Both the position numbers and the translations under genes were made by a program. This document shows, in pieces, positions 39,581 to 49,005 of a DNA stretch of 64,000 nt. The notes under the pieces were generated by a model. That model saw nothing but the letters and a program-made list of their open reading frames with translations. It searched no databases and was not told the origin of the DNA. Numbering within the stretch: the first letter of the stretch is position 1; the number at the start of each line of letters is the position of its first letter. Source of the DNA: a virus; the IMG/VR virus record IMGVR_UViG_3300014656_000017, positions 46,909-110,908 of that record; one strand, written 5' to 3'.

Positions 39581-39928
39581 ATGAGTAAATTTGATGATGT
39601 TATTAAGAATAAGTTAGAACAGTTAGATGAGATTGCACCAGTCCAGTCTCAAGGCATCCCGCAGCAAGCTCCGCAACAAGCAGGAGCAGCTCCACAGCAA
39701 CCTGTAGATATAGCGGCTATGATTAAAAAGCCCACGTTTGCACAAAACTTAAATGGGTTTTTAGATAGTTTAAAGCAGACAGATGCTCAGGCCTATGAAC
39801 AAGTTATACAAGCTCTAAATGCGGACCAACAGGCGCAACAGCAAGTACAACCACAACAGGGCCAAACACAACAGACATCACCTCAACAGGGCTCTTCGGG
39901 TATGGACAGTCAGCAATTTACTACATAA
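39581..39928 (+). CDS. Gln-rich late protein, putative internal head protein
   Basis: Late motif + AAGGAG; leader MSKFDDVIKNKLEQLDE. Confidence 0.6.
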   Translation: MSKFDDVIKNKLEQLDEIAPVQSQGIPQQAPQQAGAAPQQPVDIAAMIKKPTFAQNLNGFLDSLKQTDAQAYEQVIQALNADQQAQQQVQPQQGQTQQTSPQQGSSGMDSQQFTT

Positions 39929-39946
39929 GCTAGATGGGAGTTATAT

Positions 39947-40495
39947 ATGAACACATTATTTGGATCAAAGCTAAGTGAGGCATATAAAATATTATTAGAA
40001 CAAGATATGCCATCGTCACCCGGACCAACAGCACCTCCGATGGGTCCAGATACTGGTGCAGGTCCAATAGATGTGGCACCCGGTGATACTCCTAGTGCAC
40101 TTCCTGGTCAAGATGGCGCACCACCTAGTGCAGGAGATATGGAAGATGATGTTAAACGAGACACAGATGCTGTTGCCTATACTGAAAATATGTTAGCTAC
40201 ATTGGTTGATCCTGAAAAAGGTATTACTCCTGAAATGTTTGCTCAGTATTTAAATACGTTTGATATAGCATCAACAAAAGTTAAAGACAAAGAAGGCTTT
40301 GCTAAGTTTTATAGTAACTTCTATAATAAGCTTAGAAATGTAGTAGAAACAAAAGAAGAAATGAAAAGACTGTTTGCAACTTTCTTAGGATCTGCTAAGA
40401 ATGTATTAACCCACCAAGAACAAACACCAGACAATGCAGGTGGTGGCATTGGAAAAGATAGTCATCAAGGACCTACGGGGCCTGGCGTTAGATAA
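39947..40495 (+). CDS. Pro/Gly-rich hypothetical protein, putative internal head protein
   Basis: Leader ..SEAYKILLEQ. Confidence 0.55.
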   Translation: MNTLFGSKLSEAYKILLEQDMPSSPGPTAPPMGPDTGAGPIDVAPGDTPSALPGQDGAPPSAGDMEDDVKRDTDAVAYTENMLATLVDPEKGITPEMFAQYLNTFDIASTKVKDKEGFAKFYSNFYNKLRNVVETKEEMKRLFATFLGSAKNVLTHQEQTPDNAGGGIGKDSHQGPTGPGVR

Positions 40496-41685
40496 TGCAA
40501 CTATCTGAAACATATAAACTCGTAAGAGAAGGCAAAGACTTTCCAAAAGAAGAGGAAGTTCAAGAAGAGCCTTTTAAGACATTACGAGATGTGTATGAAG
40601 ATGTTAACATTATAGCCCGCGGAGATATTGGAGATGAGAAATTTGATTTCTCTGGAGTAACTAATAATAAAAGATATGTTCAATATATTCAACGATTAGT
40701 GGCACCTGAATTAGATAAAATAACTACTATATTGCGAGCTGAAAGAGGATGGGGTGTTATTGGAGATAATAATATTGATTCTTTTATATTGTTATACTTA
40801 CTTCCTGTGTTTAATAATAATGCAGGCAATATATTAAATGTATTAAACCAATCAACAAACGTAGATTTTCCAATAAACGACTTATTAAAAAACACTAACA
40901 CTCCCTTGACAGAAATATTTAAACCTCCACAAGATATCAATTTTCACGATTTAATTCAGCTTGAAATGCCAAATGTACATGTAAAACAAAAATTTAATAC
41001 AGGTGGATTTGAAGTTATGTTCACTTTACTAACAAACGCTCAAAAAAGTCACAGTGAAGGAGATATTACTTTTGGTTCTTCTAAAATGGAAATAAAGGGA
41101 TTTTTATCCAGAAGCAGAGCTTCTGGTGCTCGAATTATTATAAACGATTTAAATTATATTTTAAATAAGAAAAAAATAATGCTTAAAGCATTATTTAATG
41201 TATTTAAAAACAGTGGTATAAATTATATGTTTATTGGTATTAAAGATTCTGTAGATGAATATGTTACGTTAAATATTGAAGAGCTATCAGGCAAAGAAGA
41301 AAGAAATATTTTGATAGAACTTAAAAACAAAAATGTAATGTTTTTTAAAAATCCAAAAGAGACATACATTAGAGTTACATTAACTGCACCAGGTTTACAA
41401 TCAAATAAAAATGCTGTATATAATGAATATGCAAATCTTGTTAAAACATGTGAAAAAGGTATACAAACTATTATTAATAATCAGCATGTATTGGACACAA
41501 CCCTTATAGGCCAATTATCAAAACTTAAAAATATAATTAAAAATTCCAACAATACAAGTAAGGACATAGACATAATTCAGTTACAAATAAATAATATTAT
41601 TAGAGATCATCCGAGAAAGGGAAACGAACTTAGGTGGATAAAAGATATACCAGATAAATTGAAATTATATAATCTACAACAATGA
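40495..41685 (+). CDS. Hypothetical protein with possible PD-(D/E)XK nuclease motif
   Basis: GGFE..GDITFGSSKMEIKG. Confidence 0.45.
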   Translation: MQLSETYKLVREGKDFPKEEEVQEEPFKTLRDVYEDVNIIARGDIGDEKFDFSGVTNNKRYVQYIQRLVAPELDKITTILRAERGWGVIGDNNIDSFILLYLLPVFNNNAGNILNVLNQSTNVDFPINDLLKNTNTPLTEIFKPPQDINFHDLIQLEMPNVHVKQKFNTGGFEVMFTLLTNAQKSHSEGDITFGSSKMEIKGFLSRSRASGARIIINDLNYILNKKKIMLKALFNVFKNSGINYMFIGIKDSVDEYVTLNIEELSGKEERNILIELKNKNVMFFKNPKETYIRVTLTAPGLQSNKNAVYNEYANLVKTCEKGIQTIINNQHVLDTTLIGQLSKLKNIIKNSNNTSKDIDIIQLQINNIIRDHPRKGNELRWIKDIPDKLKLYNLQQ

Positions 41686-42971
41686 AAAACTTTGACATAC
41701 TAATTAATCAGTTTCATGAAGGGATTAAACCACATTCCCCAACACCTTTAATGCCTATTGAAGGCAAAACACTTATATTTTTTGATACAGAGACTACAGG
41801 ATTAAATCCATTTACCAGTCAGATTACTGAAATAGCAGCTATGGCAGTAGAAGGAAGTACAAATACAACATTAGACATTTTTCATAGAAAGATAATGTTA
41901 CTACAAGAATTGAAGGCTAAATTGTCTAATGATACTGTATATGAAAACTATTATGAATTGAATAGTAAATTTAAAAATATAGAGCGCAATTTAGATTTTT
42001 TAAAAAAAGAAATTGCGGAAGCTAAATATAACAAAATGATTGTTTCGGGTATAGTTATGAGTCTCCAAAATACTCCAGCCATGCAAGGGCTGGATATTAT
42101 AAAAAGTATAGCCAAGTTTGTATTAATCGGAGAATTTAATCCTCTTCGAATTGAGTTTAGAGGCTTGCGTCAAAAGAGAAAATATTTAAAAATTAACAGA
42201 GGCGCCAAAGATTTGTTTTTGAATATGGTTTATCGTAATTGGCTTGTACCTACAACACCCCCTTTGCCTGAAATAGAAAATAAACCAAAAAGTGGTAAGT
42301 TGAGTTTAAGGGATGTATTAGATAAAACTCAGTATTCAAAAGAAGATGCAGATATTGAAGAAGTACAAGCTATTAATGAATTTAGAGAATTTGTACAAAA
42401 ACAAAAGAATCCAATATTAATAGCTCACAATGCATCTTTTGATATGAAGATGGTTAACACGAGAGCAAAAAATTATAATGTGCCACAAATAAATGCTCCT
42501 GTATATGACACTATTGCCTTTGCTCGTATTTTCTATATTCCTTTATTACAACATTTGGAAAATGGTGGCGATGCTAATGCTAAAACTATTTTAGATGGAT
42601 TAACACAAAAAATTACTAAGAAAGGAAAAAGATATAATATTAGTGCTGTTCTATCTAAGATGGCAGCAGCTAACAATATCGAAATTAATCCAGAAGATCT
42701 ACAAAGAGAATATTCACAATTAGTGTCTCGATATAATTTTGATATAGATCAAACATATCATACAGCCATATATGATGTGTTTATTTTAGCAAAAGTGTTT
42801 GCGGTAGTAAACGATTATGTAGATAAAAATCTTACACCAGAAGTTCAATCTTCTCCTTCTTTTATGTCTATATCAGACCCTGCATATAAAAGACATTTGA
42901 GAATGGTCAATCCAGCGCAACATAAAAAGCCTAAGCCTAAAAAGAAAGTCGAAGTTCCAATAATTCCATAA
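41682..42971 (+). CDS. DEDDh 3'-5' exonuclease (DnaQ-like) with large insertion
   Basis: FFDTETTG, IAHNASFD, DT, HTAIYD. Confidence 0.85.
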   Translation: MKNFDILINQFHEGIKPHSPTPLMPIEGKTLIFFDTETTGLNPFTSQITEIAAMAVEGSTNTTLDIFHRKIMLLQELKAKLSNDTVYENYYELNSKFKNIERNLDFLKKEIAEAKYNKMIVSGIVMSLQNTPAMQGLDIIKSIAKFVLIGEFNPLRIEFRGLRQKRKYLKINRGAKDLFLNMVYRNWLVPTTPPLPEIENKPKSGKLSLRDVLDKTQYSKEDADIEEVQAINEFREFVQKQKNPILIAHNASFDMKMVNTRAKNYNVPQINAPVYDTIAFARIFYIPLLQHLENGGDANAKTILDGLTQKITKKGKRYNISAVLSKMAAANNIEINPEDLQREYSQLVSRYNFDIDQTYHTAIYDVFILAKVFAVVNDYVDKNLTPEVQSSPSFMSISDPAYKRHLRMVNPAQHKKPKPKKKVEVPIIP

Positions 42972-42977
42972 TTCTTC

Positions 42978-43005
42978 TTGACTTCTTCTTGAAATATATT
43001 ATTAT
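42978..43005 (+). promoter_or_regulatory. sigma70-like promoter TTGACT-N16-TATTAT for queD
   Basis: Intergenic, upstream of AAGGAG. Confidence 0.6.
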
Positions 43006-43022
43006 ATACAAAAAGGAGAAAT

Positions 43023-43592
43023 ATGCCGCAGGACAAATGGGTTATAGGAAAACAGTTTGATTTTTGTTACTCACACAGAGTTTGGTCACAAAAGCTTAAT
43101 GAAAAATTTAGTTTAGACTCTGGGTGTGCTTGTAGACATTTACATGGACACCAAGGAACTATTATTGTAAAGTTGTCTTCTATTGGATTAAAAGACGGAA
43201 TGGTTACAGATTTTAAACACCTCAATTTCTTTAAAAAGTTTGTAGATGATGTCTTAGATCATAAGTTTATTTTAGATATAGAAGATCCTTTGTTTCATAC
43301 TTTAGTACCAGAATATAAAGGACAGGATATTCCAATTAAATGGAATGAAGGAAATTGGACAGGTGTATATGGAATTGTTGATCCTAACTTCTTTAAATTC
43401 ATCACAGAACCACATATGATTGAATTGTATGAAAGTTTTGTATTTGTAAGATTTGTGCCTACTTCTGAAAACTTGTGCAGGTGGTTCTATGATCTTTTAG
43501 AAGATAAGATAGAAGAATTAGATGCATATATTGAATCAGTTCAATTTTTTGAAACCCCAAAATCACAATGTACGTTTAGTAAGGATATATAA
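43023..43592 (+). CDS. queD: 6-carboxy-5,6,7,8-tetrahydropterin synthase
   Basis: F..SHR, CRHLHGH, GMVTDF, LDH, PTSEN, ETP. Confidence 0.9.
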   Translation: MPQDKWVIGKQFDFCYSHRVWSQKLNEKFSLDSGCACRHLHGHQGTIIVKLSSIGLKDGMVTDFKHLNFFKKFVDDVLDHKFILDIEDPLFHTLVPEYKGQDIPIKWNEGNWTGVYGIVDPNFFKFITEPHMIELYESFVFVRFVPTSENLCRWFYDLLEDKIEELDAYIESVQFFETPKSQCTFSKDI

Positions 43593-43805
43593 ATGAAAAA
43601 GATAGCACTAGAAGATATTGCGACTGTATTTGTCACTGATTTTGTAAAGATGTTTAAGGAATATTTACAAGGCAGCACTAGTTGGCCGAATAGGGCATGG
43701 GCTAGAAACATTCCTTTTCTTAAAATGAACTATGTTCGAAGACGCGAGCTGATTGACAAATTGCTAAGTAGCCCTAATTACTTTGGAGATAAAAAATGGT
43801 TTTAG
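43593..43805 (+). CDS. Hypothetical protein
   Basis: 70-aa ORF between queD and queE. Confidence 0.5.
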   Translation: MKKIALEDIATVFVTDFVKMFKEYLQGSTSWPNRAWARNIPFLKMNYVRRRELIDKLLSSPNYFGDKKWF

Positions 43806-44539
43806 GAGAAGCACCATTCTATACGATTCAAGGGGAAGGCATGTCTGTGGGTGTTCCTTCTGTGTTTATTAGATTCGCAGGATGCAATTTGCATTGTGGA
43901 TTAAATGGATTATTAGAAGCTGGAGAGGCTTCTTGGAAATGTGATTCTGCTGCCCAATGGAAAAATGGAGTGGAATATACAAATGAACAGCTTGAACAAA
44001 AAATTATAGAATTTGGATGTTTAAAGCAAGTATTAGAAGGGTATGTACATTTAGTATGGACAGGAGGAGAACCTGCTCTACCTCGCGCTTCTAAAGAGAT
44101 TGTATCTTTTGTAAAGTATATGGAAAACAAATATCCTGATAGTTTTATTTTTAATGAAATTGAAACTAATGGAACTGTTAAATTTTCTAAAGAACTAAAC
44201 GAAGTTATAAATCAAATCAATTGTTCGCCCAAATTAGCTAATTCAGGCATGTCTGAAAGTATGAGAATAGTTCCGGCGGCTCTTAATAATATTAAATTGC
44301 ATACTAATCATTGGTGGAAGTTTGTAGTATCTTCTGAAACAGATATTAAAGAAATTGAAAAAAGTTTTATCATTCCGTATAAGCTAAATTTCAATAGAAT
44401 AATTTTAATGCCTGCTGCTTCCAATAGAGTTGAATTACAAGATGTTAGTTTAAATATGGTTGAATGGTGTAAGAAATATGGTTATAGAATGTGCTCACGA
44501 TTACAGGTGATTTTATGGGATAAATTGACTGGAGTATAA
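43796..44539 (+). CDS. queE: 7-carboxy-7-deazaguanine synthase (radical SAM)
   Basis: FYTIQGEG, FIRFAGCNLHC..WKCD, TGGEP, IETNGT, SPK, RLQ. Confidence 0.9.
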   Translation: MVLGEAPFYTIQGEGMSVGVPSVFIRFAGCNLHCGLNGLLEAGEASWKCDSAAQWKNGVEYTNEQLEQKIIEFGCLKQVLEGYVHLVWTGGEPALPRASKEIVSFVKYMENKYPDSFIFNEIETNGTVKFSKELNEVINQINCSPKLANSGMSESMRIVPAALNNIKLHTNHWWKFVVSSETDIKEIEKSFIIPYKLNFNRIILMPAASNRVELQDVSLNMVEWCKKYGYRMCSRLQVILWDKLTGV

Positions 44540-44662
44540 TATGAAGTGGATATGGTTAAAAATTACTTTAATCAGAGAATGGATTATTAAATATTTGTGC
44601 AAGAATGCAGAATTTAAAGAAACGGAGAAACATTAACCATCCCAATAAACGATTTTTCTCAA

Positions 44663-44690
44663 TTGACATTTAAAGAAGTTGAGATATTAT
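44663..44690 (+). promoter_or_regulatory. sigma70-like promoter TTGACA-N16-TATTAT
   Basis: Perfect -35 upstream of the kinase gene. Confidence 0.5.
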
Positions 44691-44763
44691 ATAATAATAA
44701 AGATATCGTGTGGTTAGACAGATATCTTGAAAAATATTTAAACTTATATGGAGGTAAACTATT

Positions 44764-45453
44764 ATGTTGATTAGTGTTTCAGGATGCCAAAATATTGGCA
44801 AAACCACATTTTGTAAAGACTTTATTAAACAGTGGCCTATGTACACCACTCCCACTGAAAGATATACAAACTTGGTTAAAGAAGGTAAAGTTAAGTTAAA
44901 CAAAGAAGGTTCTGAAGAAAGTCAACTAGCTGTGTTAAATCACTTGTGCGATCAAGTCATCAATCAGCCTAAAGATGTTAATGTTATTTTAGATCGTGGC
45001 GTTTTGGATAATCTAATATACACTTTGCATTTAAATCATAATAAGAAGGTGAGCGATAAGTTTGTTCAGAAGACTATTGATATTGTTAAGAATACTTTGA
45101 TTTTTTATGATTTAATATTTTTCTTGCCTATTACTAAATACTCACCTGTAAATATAGAAGAAGCACCAAATCGAAATATTGATCCTGTTTATAGAGATGA
45201 AGTTGATGTTTTGTTTAAGGCCCTAATGAATCGGTATGTTAAACATGATATAGTCTATTTTCCTTTTGATCATGAGAAAGGATGCCCAGGAATAGTAGAA
45301 ATTTTTGGGAATAGAGAACAACGAATTCAAGTAGCAAAAATGTATATAGATACAGATGGTCAACTCTATGATGCTTCTAAATCTTTGATTACTTCTGAGG
45401 ATGAAGACCCAGAAACACAAAAAATAGCAGAACAGCTAAAATTAATTAGATAA
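44764..45453 (+). CDS. P-loop nucleotide kinase (dNMP kinase/AAA_28-like)
   Basis: SGCQNIGKTT, LDRGVLD. Confidence 0.72.
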   Translation: MLISVSGCQNIGKTTFCKDFIKQWPMYTTPTERYTNLVKEGKVKLNKEGSEESQLAVLNHLCDQVINQPKDVNVILDRGVLDNLIYTLHLNHNKKVSDKFVQKTIDIVKNTLIFYDLIFFLPITKYSPVNIEEAPNRNIDPVYRDEVDVLFKALMNRYVKHDIVYFPFDHEKGCPGIVEIFGNREQRIQVAKMYIDTDGQLYDASKSLITSEDEDPETQKIAEQLKLIR

Positions 45454-45479
45454 TTGTATAATACAATTTTTCTGTCAAA

Positions 45480-45496
45480 TTTCATAAATATTTAAA
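45480..45496 (+). promoter_or_regulatory. T4-type late promoter motif
   Basis: TTTCATAAATATTTAAA. Confidence 0.65.
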
Positions 45497-45518
45497 AGAA
45501 TAATTAGGAGATCTATCT

Positions 45519-46829
45519 ATGCAATTTGATAAACTATGCAGTATTATTGTTAATGAGGGCAGGTTGTCCAAGTCGGATAAGTTCGCAAAATTAGTGATTG
45601 GTAACACCGAACCTACATTTTCACAAAATGATATTTTAATAAATCCACAAGATCCAACCAGCGGAACTGTGTTTGATAAGATTCAGCAACAGACCAATAT
45701 TCAAGGTTGGGAAGGCAAGGGCGACAATTCATTAAGGCGCCAATTACGCAGATTAAATTGGGTTGCATATAAACTTATTAAAAAATTCAAGAATCGCACA
45801 GAAGGTGCTATTAATATTGATGCACTGAATACTGCTATTAAAAACACATTAGAAGAGTATCAAATTAAAGTATTAGGCAAAAGACCTGAACAGATTCATC
45901 AGACCTATACAACCCGTGAAGCCCGTGTAATTGGCAATTTATTATTGCCTCCAACAGGACACACACCTAATGCTAAAAGTGTATTTATAGTTCCTGGTAT
46001 GGATCCACATGCTACTGTGGCAGATGCTAATAGGCCTGTCATTGCTAAAGTTAGAAATCGTTTGACAGGTAAAATAGATGTTAAGCCACCTGTAACAGCA
46101 CAAGAATTAGTAGCCCGTTTTCAAACCATGGCCGACTTTGCTGAGGAAATTTTGGATACAGATCTAACTCAAATCATTAAAGATATTGTAAGCGGTCAAG
46201 ATTATGTCCCAGAAGATGAACCTGAATTTGAAGAAGGTCCTGATTCCTTTGAAGGCGAAGGAGAGGGCGAAGAGGTTATGCCTAGTGAAACACCTGTGGA
46301 AGAAGAACCTGTAGGCGAAGCAGTGGAAGGGGAAGATCCTTCAATTGTCCCTGAGGAGCCTATCGAGGCACCTGCTGAAGTGCCTATCAATCGGGGCCCA
46401 ACAGGAGTTACACTAAGAGATATTATAAATCATCCAAGAATTAAAGGATTGTTTAATCCTAAGGCAGTTAAATTGGCGGTTAAAGGTTTAGTAAATGCTG
46501 GTGAATTAGATGAAGATCTATATGGCAATTTGGTTATTGGTAAAATAGAATCTTTTGGATCTAAAGTCAGAGGGGATGTTGGATCTGCTATTGAACCAGA
46601 TGCTGAAGAATTAGATTTAGCGGCAAGCAAATTTGGCGATGAAGAAGCTGCTGCTATAGCTCCTACCGTTCCTGAAGATGAAGAAAACATTGAAGGTGAT
46701 CTACCAGATGTTCCATCTACAGACTATCCATTGCCTGAAGATGAACCTGATACAGAAGAAGAGGAAGAACCTGAGGAAGAGCCAGAGTCAGAGCCTGAAG
46801 AAGAGGAAGAGAAAGATTGGTGGAAGTAA
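45519..46829 (+). CDS. Late protein with very acidic C-terminal half
   Basis: Leader MQFDKLCSIIVNE; E/D/P-rich tail ending KDWWK. Confidence 0.65.
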   Translation: MQFDKLCSIIVNEGRLSKSDKFAKLVIGNTEPTFSQNDILINPQDPTSGTVFDKIQQQTNIQGWEGKGDNSLRRQLRRLNWVAYKLIKKFKNRTEGAINIDALNTAIKNTLEEYQIKVLGKRPEQIHQTYTTREARVIGNLLLPPTGHTPNAKSVFIVPGMDPHATVADANRPVIAKVRNRLTGKIDVKPPVTAQELVARFQTMADFAEEILDTDLTQIIKDIVSGQDYVPEDEPEFEEGPDSFEGEGEGEEVMPSETPVEEEPVGEAVEGEDPSIVPEEPIEAPAEVPINRGPTGVTLRDIINHPRIKGLFNPKAVKLAVKGLVNAGELDEDLYGNLVIGKIESFGSKVRGDVGSAIEPDAEELDLAASKFGDEEAAAIAPTVPEDEENIEGDLPDVPSTDYPLPEDEPDTEEEEEPEEEPESEPEEEEEKDWWK

Positions 46830-46830
46830 T

Positions 46831-47898
46831 ATGGGCACATTTGAAAAAGAATCAAAACAAATACTAAATGAGTCTGGTTGGACAGATTCTATTAAAATTG
46901 CCGTACAACAATTAGGTAAAAATTTCCCACGAGTGGCTCAATCTTTTAAAGCATTTGATGTAAATGCAATGAAAAAATATGGGATAGATAAACAATATTA
47001 TCCACAAGTGCGTAAAGGATCTGGAATGGTTAACAAATCTGTTACAGAAGCACTGCGCGATTTTCAAGTAGCAATTAAAAAAGTAAAGTACACTAATATT
47101 TTTGATATGACTCCTGGTCAAATGCCACTAAAACCTGAAAAACCTGAAGACCTAGATACTACAGGCACATATTCTATTGCGAACCGTGCCCCAACTTATA
47201 CATCAAGACTGATAGGTGCCTCTCCCCCAGGACATCCTGATGTAACAACAAAAGCGTGGACTTACACCTCAAATACTAACATCCCCCCACATAACGAGTC
47301 TGTGTCAAACAACTTTAATGACGAATATTATATATTGTTAAATGCTACTTCTAAACCATTAATAAACGTGACACAACAAAGTAGAGTAAAACAAGAAAAA
47401 GAACAAGCTGAAAAAATATGGATTCAAATTGAAGAATTGGGTATTAAAGTTATAGCTCCACATGATGAAAGTTTTAATATCACTGGTGATTTTGAAGAAA
47501 TTAAAGTAACGCACCCAAACATATTAAACAATGTTATAGAAGGTGGAATTACCCAAGCCTTTAGAAATAAAGGAGGCGTATCTACAATAGACATTTTGAA
47601 TAAACGTATTGAAGGACAATGGAGTACATACTCCAAAGCCAGTGATAAGAACAGGTCACAAAAACCTGATGTTGCGTTTAAAGGGTCCAAGTTTTCCGAA
47701 AATGATGCGGGACTTTTTCATAATACAGTAATGGTGCCGTATTTTATAGATACAAACATATTAGTTTATATGAAACCTGTTGATTTTAGTGTTGTATCTG
47801 CTGGCGGATGGGCAGCTAAAGGATTAGGATGGTTGGGAGCCGGAGCAATTAATGCTGTAAATCAAATGGCATCAAAAACACCAACGGTGAAATTATAA
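46831..47898 (+). CDS. Hypothetical late protein
   Basis: Start at ATG 46831 just after the upstream stop; leader MGTFEKESKQILNE. Confidence 0.6.
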   Translation: MGTFEKESKQILNESGWTDSIKIAVQQLGKNFPRVAQSFKAFDVNAMKKYGIDKQYYPQVRKGSGMVNKSVTEALRDFQVAIKKVKYTNIFDMTPGQMPLKPEKPEDLDTTGTYSIANRAPTYTSRLIGASPPGHPDVTTKAWTYTSNTNIPPHNESVSNNFNDEYYILLNATSKPLINVTQQSRVKQEKEQAEKIWIQIEELGIKVIAPHDESFNITGDFEEIKVTHPNILNNVIEGGITQAFRNKGGVSTIDILNKRIEGQWSTYSKASDKNRSQKPDVAFKGSKFSENDAGLFHNTVMVPYFIDTNILVYMKPVDFSVVSAGGWAAKGLGWLGAGAINAVNQMASKTPTVKL

Positions 47899-47899
47899 T

Positions 47900-48277
47900 A
47901 TGAAAAAATTTAAAAAACTATATGAATCATTAAACACTATTAAGAAAGTAGTTATTATGCGATACCCAAAGCAAATAGCACTTAGTGAAGATTTTAAGAA
48001 AGCACTTGCATCTGAGATAGCGCGTTTTAATACTTTGCAAGAATCTAAACAGCCTATTATCAATGTTGCTGAAAAATTCCTAAAGGCACTTCGATTTCAT
48101 GTATTAGAGTTAATGGAAAAGAAAATTAAAGGAGACAAAAAAAGCTTGTCTCAAAGAGATTTTTTAAATAGTGTTCGAAAACCTGGCATTCCTGCAGAAA
48201 AAATTATAGAACCCAAGAAAGGCAAAGCTTATGACCGTCGGAAAGAAAAGAGAGAGTGGAAGAAGGAGATTGAGTAA
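47900..48277 (+). CDS. Hypothetical basic protein
   Basis: Leader MKKFKKLYE; C-terminal KKGKAYDRRKEK. Confidence 0.6.
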   Translation: MKKFKKLYESLNTIKKVVIMRYPKQIALSEDFKKALASEIARFNTLQESKQPIINVAEKFLKALRFHVLELMEKKIKGDKKSLSQRDFLNSVRKPGIPAEKIIEPKKGKAYDRRKEKREWKKEIE

Positions 48278-48684
48278 TGAATAAAAGATCTGAAAACTGT
48301 ATAATGTATGAAACATATATGTGTAGTACATTATTAGAATCATTAGAAGATGGGGTTATAAAAGACTTGGGACCTACTGCTAATCAAGCTATAGATAAAG
48401 ATGCAGAACAGGGTAATATGATGGATGCTTTTAGAACAATGGATGGAATATTAGAAGGTGTACCTGTTGCAAAACTAAACTCAAAGCGCTTACATGTATT
48501 TAAAGAGAATGGATTGATAGATTTTGATGAAACAGGAGATGTGTATTTTACTCAACAAGGTATTAATTGGTTATCTCTTCTCTTTCCTGAAATTTATAAA
48601 ATGTATGTTCATAAAAACCCTAGGTTGCAGAAATTTAAACAACTAAAAGCGACTGGTGAGGCTTGAAAAGGAGATTGAGTAATG
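48263..48684. repeat. 17-bp direct repeat AAGGAGATTGAGTAATG at 48263-48279 and 48668-48684
   Basis: Exact repeat of RBS/stop/start flanking 48277..48666. Confidence 0.85.
48277..48666 (+). CDS. Hypothetical protein
   Basis: 129 aa with RBS. Confidence 0.6.
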   Translation: MNKRSENCIMYETYMCSTLLESLEDGVIKDLGPTANQAIDKDAEQGNMMDAFRTMDGILEGVPVAKLNSKRLHVFKENGLIDFDETGDVYFTQQGINWLSLLFPEIYKMYVHKNPRLQKFKQLKATGEA

Positions 48685-48933
48685 GATAATTTTAATGTAT
48701 TAGTTGAAGAAATACAAAGTAACGCTCAGAAAAGTTTAACACCTGAACAAATGAAAGTATGGATAGATAAGGCCACCCCCTATGAAATAATGGAAAAATG
48801 GAGATTTGAACCTGCCGGATCTCCATGGTGTACTGGTGAAGTTGGGGAGTATCTTGGCAAGAAATGGATTGAGATGCGAAAAAATATTACCCCTGCTGAA
48901 TATGTTCAAATGAGTAAAGCTTTAACTCGGTAA
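48682..48933 (+). CDS. Hypothetical protein
   Basis: 83 aa; WRFEPAGSPW. Confidence 0.6.
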   Translation: MDNFNVLVEEIQSNAQKSLTPEQMKVWIDKATPYEIMEKWRFEPAGSPWCTGEVGEYLGKKWIEMRKNITPAEYVQMSKALTR

Positions 48934-49005
48934 AGTTTTTAATTTTAATAGCGCTTCCATTCCAGTAAACGAGTTTTTAATAAAGAAGTTCGGTGATATC
49001 TTATT
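48922..49005 (-). pseudogene. Stranded second copy of the primase 3' end
   Basis: Translates NKISPNFFIKNSFTGMEALLKLKTLPS*, versus primase end NKISPQFLIKNSFNGLNASIKLKTL*. Confidence 0.88.

Noticed and set aside
46678-46830. N-terminal extensions given by the ORF track (also 6167, 7576, 10893, 15294, 17666, 29443, 52793)
   Set aside because: They overlap upstream genes or lack an RBS; downstream ATGs with an RBS or stop-start coupling fit better.
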